A stretch of DNA of 32,000 nt from Nodosilinea sp. BSH.14 (GTDB lineage Bacteria > Cyanobacteriota > Cyanobacteriia > Phormidesmidales > Phormidesmidaceae): contig JALQST010000001.1 in the NCBI GenBank assembly GCA_023264315.1, positions 1,544 through 33,543 of the forward strand, in the 5' to 3' direction. Each line of letters starts with the position of its first letter. Position 1 is the first letter of the stretch. Shown piece after piece: positions 27,545 to 32,000 of the stretch. The notes beneath the pieces were generated by a model. That model saw nothing but the letters and a program-made list of their open reading frames with translations. It did no database searches and was not told where the DNA came from. The position numbers and the translations under genes are program-made.

Positions 27545-28570
27545 TTATAACTCATCTATTTGACATCCCTGGCTTTTGGCAATTTCGAGGATCGGACGAA
27601 TGTTGCCAATTCCCCATTGGTTGCAAACAGCAATCACTTTTCCTTCTCCAGTTTCAAGTAATTGTTCTTCGTTTAGGAAATAGCGTTTTGATCCTCCTTT
27701 GGCTTCAGCTTTCTCTAGCAAGGCTACAACGCCATAGCTGCCATGAATAGTATCGGGAAATATTTGTCGTAGCTCTTCAAAAGTTGTATCTGGATGTGTC
27801 TGAAGATAGTGAGTAACAATAGCTAGTACAAGCTGGCGTTTATTGTAAGTCTTTCCCAAGAATTGATATTGTGTCTTGTCCTTGCTAGAATTAGCAACGG
27901 CTCGTTGAGCTGACACTTGTTCTCGAACTTTTACCTGATACTCTTCAGCTTCCGGCAAGGGAATTATCTGTTCAATATCAAGTAGTAGTTCTTCGCCAAG
28001 TCTATAGGGCTGTAGGCGAACGCAGCGAATATCCAAGTCACGCTTATTAAGCCACATCACAGATGTGGTTAGTTCTTTAGAGAAATTTGCGGAGGCGAGG
28101 ATAATCCTGACATCTTTGGGAAATTGCTCTTCTAATGAGTCACTCCAACCCAAGAAATTAAGAATTTCCTCTTCAGCATTTTTATCAATACATCGCTTAT
28201 CTAAATATTGCTGATGAATTTCGACAGCTCGCTTGAAAGTCAGCGTAGAAACCATCGCAGCATAGCGTAGCGCTTGCAATTCCATATGAGCGCCCGTTTC
28301 ATCTCTCTTCAGCTCGATGACCACTAAATTTGCTTGCTTGTCAATGCCAAGTAAATCAATTCTCCTAGCCCCTTCAGTCCACTCTGAAAACTCCTCAGCA
28401 ATTACTAGGGTGTCTGGAGAAATTACCGTGATCTTATCTCTCAAGGCAGCTTGAAGATCAGTTCGTTCTTGAATGCCTTCTGTTCCAAACTGCGTACTCT
28501 TGATCTCGATGATTTGCTTATCCTTAAAGGTATAAATAGGCATAGGCTTAGAAGTCAGACTTGTCATCAC
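27545..28570 (-). CDS. RecB/NucS-like PD-(D/E)XK nuclease fused to middle and C-terminal domains of unknown function
   Basis: RRID72LLGIDKQANLVVIE86LK88RDETGAHMELQALRYAAMV matches the NucS/DUF91-type core (G.iDLL..D..G.lVViElKR......v.Q.lrY). It is followed by a region ending ...IRCVRLQPYRLGEELLLDIEQIIPLPEAEEY, and by a roughly 105-aa C-terminal module (YQFLGKTYNKRQLVLAIV...KRYFLNEEQLLETGEGKVIAVCNQWGIGNI). The start codon is GTG. Confidence 0.6.
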   Translation of the reverse strand: MMTSLTSKPMPIYTFKDKQIIEIKSTQFGTEGIQERTDLQAALRDKITVISPDTLVIAEEFSEWTEGARRIDLLGIDKQANLVVIELKRDETGAHMELQALRYAAMVSTLTFKRAVEIHQQYLDKRCIDKNAEEEILNFLGWSDSLEEQFPKDVRIILASANFSKELTTSVMWLNKRDLDIRCVRLQPYRLGEELLLDIEQIIPLPEAEEYQVKVREQVSAQRAVANSSKDKTQYQFLGKTYNKRQLVLAIVTHYLQTHPDTTFEELRQIFPDTIHGSYGVVALLEKAEAKGGSKRYFLNEEQLLETGEGKVIAVCNQWGIGNIRPILEIAKSQGCQIDEL

Positions 28571-29026
28571 CTCAGTCTAGACATTATCGATCAACTCGGC
28601 AGGGCAAGACTCGCAGCTTAAGGAATTGATCATCATCGCACTTGTGGAAACCCTATCTAGCCATTGCTTGCGCCACCATCACTACTCTTCTTCAGGAGCA
28701 GTTTCAGGACTGGCAAGGGGCACCGCCTGAGTTACGCGAATCGGGGTTTCGGTTTCACCAGACGGGGGCATTCTCCGGTGCGGCCTAGGTGAGGGTGCTG
28801 TGGGGTGGGGCGGGTAGGAGGGGCAGAAACCCGTTTCATGGTGGGCCATTGGGGGCCGCTTTGGGGGTAAAGCGCTAGGCTGACGAACCTCACAGGTGTC
28901 GATGCCTCGTTACAGGGACAACCGTTGAAGTACTGGGTCGAACGCCCTATCCCCTTGCCTATGCCTCAACATCCTGATTGAATAGGGGCATCAAAAAAGT
29001 GAACTTTTTTAAACGGGGAGTCGCCC

Positions 29027-30502
29027 ATGTACATCGTGCAGATTGCTTCAGAATGCGCTCCGGTCATCAAAGCCGGAGGTCTGGGCGATGTGGTTTATGG
29101 CCTCAGCCGCGAGCTAGAAACGCGGGGCCACTGCGTCGAAATCATTCTGCCGAAGTACGACTGTATGCGCTACGACCACATTTGGGGTCTGCACGAAGCC
29201 TACTGCGACCTGGTTGTGCCCTGGTATGGGACGGATATTCTCTGCGATGTGTATTGCGGCTGGGTGCATGGGCGGCTGTGTTTCTTCATCGAGCCCAAGT
29301 CCTGGGAAATGTTCTTCAACCGGGGCTGCTACTACGGCTGCGACGATGACCCGATGCGGTTTGCCTTCTTTAGCAAGGCGGCGATGGAATTTCTCCTCCG
29401 CAGCAACAAGCGCCCGGATGTGATCCACTGCCATGACTGGCAAACCGGGCTGATCCCGGTGATGCTGTTCGAGATTTATAAATACAACGGCATGGAGTTC
29501 CAGCGGGTGCTCTACACCATCCACAACTTCAAGCACCAGGGCATCGCCGGGGTGGATATCCTCGAAGCCACCGGACTCAATCGGCCCGAATACTACTTCC
29601 AGTTTGGTCAACTGCGCGACAACTTCAACCCCTTTGCCATCAACTTCATGCAGGGGGGCATCACCTATGCCAACCATGTCAACACCGTGTCGCCCTACCA
29701 CGCCTGGGAAGCCCAGCACACCGACCAGGGCTTTGGCCTAGGGCACACCCTCCACACCCACCAGTACAAATTCTCCGGCATCCTCAACGGCCTAGACTAC
29801 GAGGTCTGGAACCCGGAGGTGGATCGCTATATTCCCCATCACTACGGCATTTCCACCTTTGAAGACAAGGTACTGAACACCAAGGGGCTACGGGAACGGC
29901 TGATGCTGGCCCACGGCGATAAGCCCATCGTCGCTTTCATTGGCCGTTTGGATGACCAAAAGGGCGTTCACCTCGTCCACCACGCCATTTACTACACCCT
30001 CAGCCGAGGCGGGCAGTTTGTGCTGCTGGGTTCCGCCACCGAAAAGGGCATTAACGACTGGTTCTGGCACGAAAAGCTGCACCTGAACGACAACCCCGAC
30101 GTACATTTGGAGCTTGGCTTCAACGAAGAACTGGCCCACTTGATCTACGCCGGATCGGACATGATTGTGGTGCCCAGCAATTTTGAACCCTGCGGCCTCA
30201 CCCAGATGATCGGCCTCAAGTACGGCACGGTGCCCATCGTGCGCGGCGTGGGCGGCTTGGTGAACACCGTGTTTGATTGGGACTACGACGGCTACCACGA
30301 ACCGGAGGAGCGCAACGGCTTTGTCTTCTTCCAAAGCGACACTGTGGCTCTAGAATCCGCGATGGATCGGGCCTTTGACATTTGGGAAAAAGAGCCCAAA
30401 CTCTTCCAGCAAATCGCCCAGCAGGGAATGCAGTACGACTTTTCCTGGAATCAGCCCGGTCAGGACTATGTGGCGCTTTACGATCACATCCGCCACAAGT
30501 AG
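29027..30502 (+). CDS. glgA: Glycogen synthase (GlgA2-type)
   Basis: MYIVQIASECAPVIKAGGLGDVVYGLSRELETRGH... over 491 aa, with a C-terminal SNFEPCGLTQMIGLKYGTVPIVRGVGGLVNTV motif. Confidence 0.95.
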   Translation: MYIVQIASECAPVIKAGGLGDVVYGLSRELETRGHCVEIILPKYDCMRYDHIWGLHEAYCDLVVPWYGTDILCDVYCGWVHGRLCFFIEPKSWEMFFNRGCYYGCDDDPMRFAFFSKAAMEFLLRSNKRPDVIHCHDWQTGLIPVMLFEIYKYNGMEFQRVLYTIHNFKHQGIAGVDILEATGLNRPEYYFQFGQLRDNFNPFAINFMQGGITYANHVNTVSPYHAWEAQHTDQGFGLGHTLHTHQYKFSGILNGLDYEVWNPEVDRYIPHHYGISTFEDKVLNTKGLRERLMLAHGDKPIVAFIGRLDDQKGVHLVHHAIYYTLSRGGQFVLLGSATEKGINDWFWHEKLHLNDNPDVHLELGFNEELAHLIYAGSDMIVVPSNFEPCGLTQMIGLKYGTVPIVRGVGGLVNTVFDWDYDGYHEPEERNGFVFFQSDTVALESAMDRAFDIWEKEPKLFQQIAQQGMQYDFSWNQPGQDYVALYDHIRHK

Positions 30503-30516
30503 GGCGTAGTCGAGTT

Positions 30517-30554
30517 GGGAACGGGCTGTGCGGCTAGCCACCCAGACCGTTCCC
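30517..30554. terminator. Hairpin between convergent glgA and a small membrane-protein gene
   Basis: GGGAACGG-(22 nt, containing the palindrome GGCTAGCC)-CCGTTCCC. No clear U-tract. Confidence 0.35.
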
Positions 30555-30565
30555 AGGCTCGATGG

Positions 30566-30787
30566 CTAGGGTTGATTCGCCTTGGCATCCTTGACAGCGG
30601 CATAGAACAGCACCCCCACCAGGGGCACACAGAGGCCCAGAATCACCGTCGTGGGGCCTTGGCCCCAGTCGGGACTGCCGGAGGACAGCTCGAACACGGA
30701 GCCCACGGCGGCGATGGCGGCAACGCAGGAACCCGCTAAAAACAAACCACTTTTTGGGGTCACAACCTCACTCCTCACAAAAGACAA
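30566..30787 (-). CDS. Small two-TM membrane protein, hypothetical
   Basis: Two hydrophobic spans (GLFLAGSCVAAIAAVGSVF and TVILGLCVPLVGVLFYAAV) and GC3-biased codons. No family recognised. Confidence 0.45.
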   Translation of the reverse strand: MSFVRSEVVTPKSGLFLAGSCVAAIAAVGSVFELSSGSPDWGQGPTTVILGLCVPLVGVLFYAAVKDAKANQP

Positions 30788-30846
30788 TTAGACACTCCCC
30801 AGCGGATGGGCAAGGCCCACCTGCCAAGGCAATTACGCGAAGACGG

Positions 30847-31413
30847 CTAGGCTTTGACGGGCTGCACGTCCTTGGCAAAGAACCCGTTTTTCTTCAGTTC
30901 TTGGTTCAGGGCCAGGGTGTTGTCCACCCGATCCACAAACAGCACCCCGGTCAGGTGATCCATTTCGTGGAGGATGCAGCGGGCCAGCAGGTCAGCGGCC
31001 TGAATTTTCTGGGGCCGACCGTTTTCGTCCTTAAAGGTCACCTCAATGGCGGCGGGGCGCACCACGTCCAGAAACACGCCGGGGATGCTGAGACAGCCCT
31101 CCTGCCCCACGGCCTGTTCCTTGGAGACGCGCACAATTTTGGGATTGACCAGCACCAGGGGCGGCGCAGCGGCATTTTCAGGATCCACATCCACGACAAT
31201 GAGCTGCTTATTCACCGCCACCTGGGGAGCCGCTAAACCAATGCCATCGGCACTATACATGGTTTGCAGCATCTCCTTCACCAGCAGGCGCAGCTCATCA
31301 TCCACCTTGGCCACCCGTTTGGCGGGCTGGCGCAGTACCCGGTCGCCCAGGGTGTGAATATCGAGGGGGGGCTGTTTAACTTTGGTTTTCTCAACGTGAA
31401 GGGTAGCGGACAT
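30847..31413 (-). CDS. def: Peptide deformylase
   Basis: All three signature motifs are present: GIGLAAPQV, EGCLSIPG and HEMDHL. Confidence 0.95.
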   Translation of the reverse strand: MSATLHVEKTKVKQPPLDIHTLGDRVLRQPAKRVAKVDDELRLLVKEMLQTMYSADGIGLAAPQVAVNKQLIVVDVDPENAAAPPLVLVNPKIVRVSKEQAVGQEGCLSIPGVFLDVVRPAAIEVTFKDENGRPQKIQAADLLARCILHEMDHLTGVLFVDRVDNTLALNQELKKNGFFAKDVQPVKA

Positions 31414-31475
31414 AGGTTAATTAGGAGTTGATTTCCTAGGGGTAGGGTGTTGTTACTTATCCTAACAAGTCACAT

Positions 31476-32000
31476 TCACTTCGAGATAGCCCCGGGCTCC
31501 GGCGTTTCCCGACGGCCCTGCCAACTGGCCAGCATCGTGGTGCCCAAAATCAGCCCGCCCCCTGCCAGTGTCCGCAGGGTGGGAATTTCCCCCAGCAGCA
31601 GCGCCGCCAGGGCCGTGCCATAAACGGGCTCTAGGCCGCTAATCACGCTGGCGACCTGGGTACGCAGCACCGAGAGGCTGTCGATAAAGAGCGTGTGGGC
31701 CACCGCCGTGCACAACACCCCCAACACCAGCAGCCACAGCCAATCGGTGCTGGCGATGATAAAGGCGGGCAGGGGATAGAGGGCGATCCAAACCAAGAGG
31801 CTGAGGCAGGCAAAGCCATTCTGCTGAAAGGCAATGGTCAGGGCGGCGTAGCGCTGACGATATCCTCGGTTCAACAATTGCAGCAGCGCAAAGGAGAGCC
31901 CGGACAACAGCCCCCATGTCGCCCCCACCGTGGTCGCTGCCCCCAGGCGATACTCCGGCACCACCAGCGCCACCCCCAGAACCACCACGAGGGCGATAAC
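31476..32000 (-). CDS. EamA/DMT family transporter (C-terminal 174 codons; N-terminus beyond the window end)
   Basis: The frame stays open from the track's GTG (31988) to nt 32000 (...VIALVVVLGV). It contains several TM spans and an EamA-type C-terminal repeat (SVISGLEPVYGTALAALLLGEIPT...GGGLILGTTML). Confidence 0.8.
   Translation of the reverse strand, partial: VIALVVVLGVALVVPEYRLGAATTVGATWGLLSGLSFALLQLLNRGYRQRYAALTIAFQQNGFACLSLLVWIALYPLPAFIIASTDWLWLLVLGVLCTAVAHTLFIDSLSVLRTQVASVISGLEPVYGTALAALLLGEIPTLRTLAGGGLILGTTMLASWQGRRETPEPGAISK

Larger units (their letters stand above)
24735..28660. other. AT-rich accessory islet (putative horizontally acquired defence locus)
   Basis: By eye, composition drops sharply relative to the GC-rich, GC3-biased flanks (deoC, glgA), and codons here end mostly in A/T. 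All ORFs are on the minus strand. No integrase, transposase, tRNA or flanking direct repeat was recognised, so the boundaries are approximate. Confidence 0.7.

Noticed and set aside
1-32000. Scan for CRISPR arrays, rRNA/tRNA genes, IS elements, integrases and riboswitches (for example preQ1 near queA, or a leader upstream of leuA)
   Set aside because: No regularly spaced direct repeats, no rRNA- or tRNA-like conserved blocks, no transposase or integrase motifs in any frame I read, and no riboswitch consensus I could recognise. Absence is judged by eye only; Infernal/Rfam and ISfinder searches would be decisive.

Overview
GC-rich cyanobacterial chromosomal segment. The assignment rests on the PSII genes psbM and psbB-psbT, a flavodiiron protein, a cyanobacterial-type hfq divergent from dapF, and one HIP1 octamer GCGATCGC at 6186-6193. 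Most of the window is ordinary housekeeping: dapF, leuA, coaBC, queA, ggt, deoC, glgA, def, an NDH-2, a CDF transporter, an Sfp-type PPTase and an Anbu-type proteasome homologue. Three real genes are missing from the ORF track and were found by hand translation: psbM, psbT and a 5'-partial DUF815-like ATPase at the left edge. The clear anomaly is an AT-rich islet of about 3.9 kb (about 24.73-28.66 kb) between deoC and glgA, with everything on the minus strand. In transcription order it holds a stand-alone RecB/NucS-like PD-(D/E)XK nuclease with an unassigned C-terminal domain, a C5 cytosine methyltransferase, a 266-aa restriction-endonuclease candidate 1 nt downstream of the methyltransferase, a small antitoxin-like ORF, and a decayed RelE/ParE-like toxin. 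This is my best candidate for an accessory or undescribed defence locus. Other observations are a second decayed TA remnant (HigA-like, with a 12-bp tandem duplication), a short hairpin repeat with a conserved TTGCTTCGCGAA loop, a truncated EamA gene flanked by small tandem repeats, a comFB-hfq gene pair, and a structured 480-bp ORF-free gap. No rRNA, tRNA, CRISPR array, transposase or integrase was recognised. All calls come from reading the sequence and from recalled family signatures; nothing was searched or computed. Hand-indexed small features may be off by 1-2 nt.
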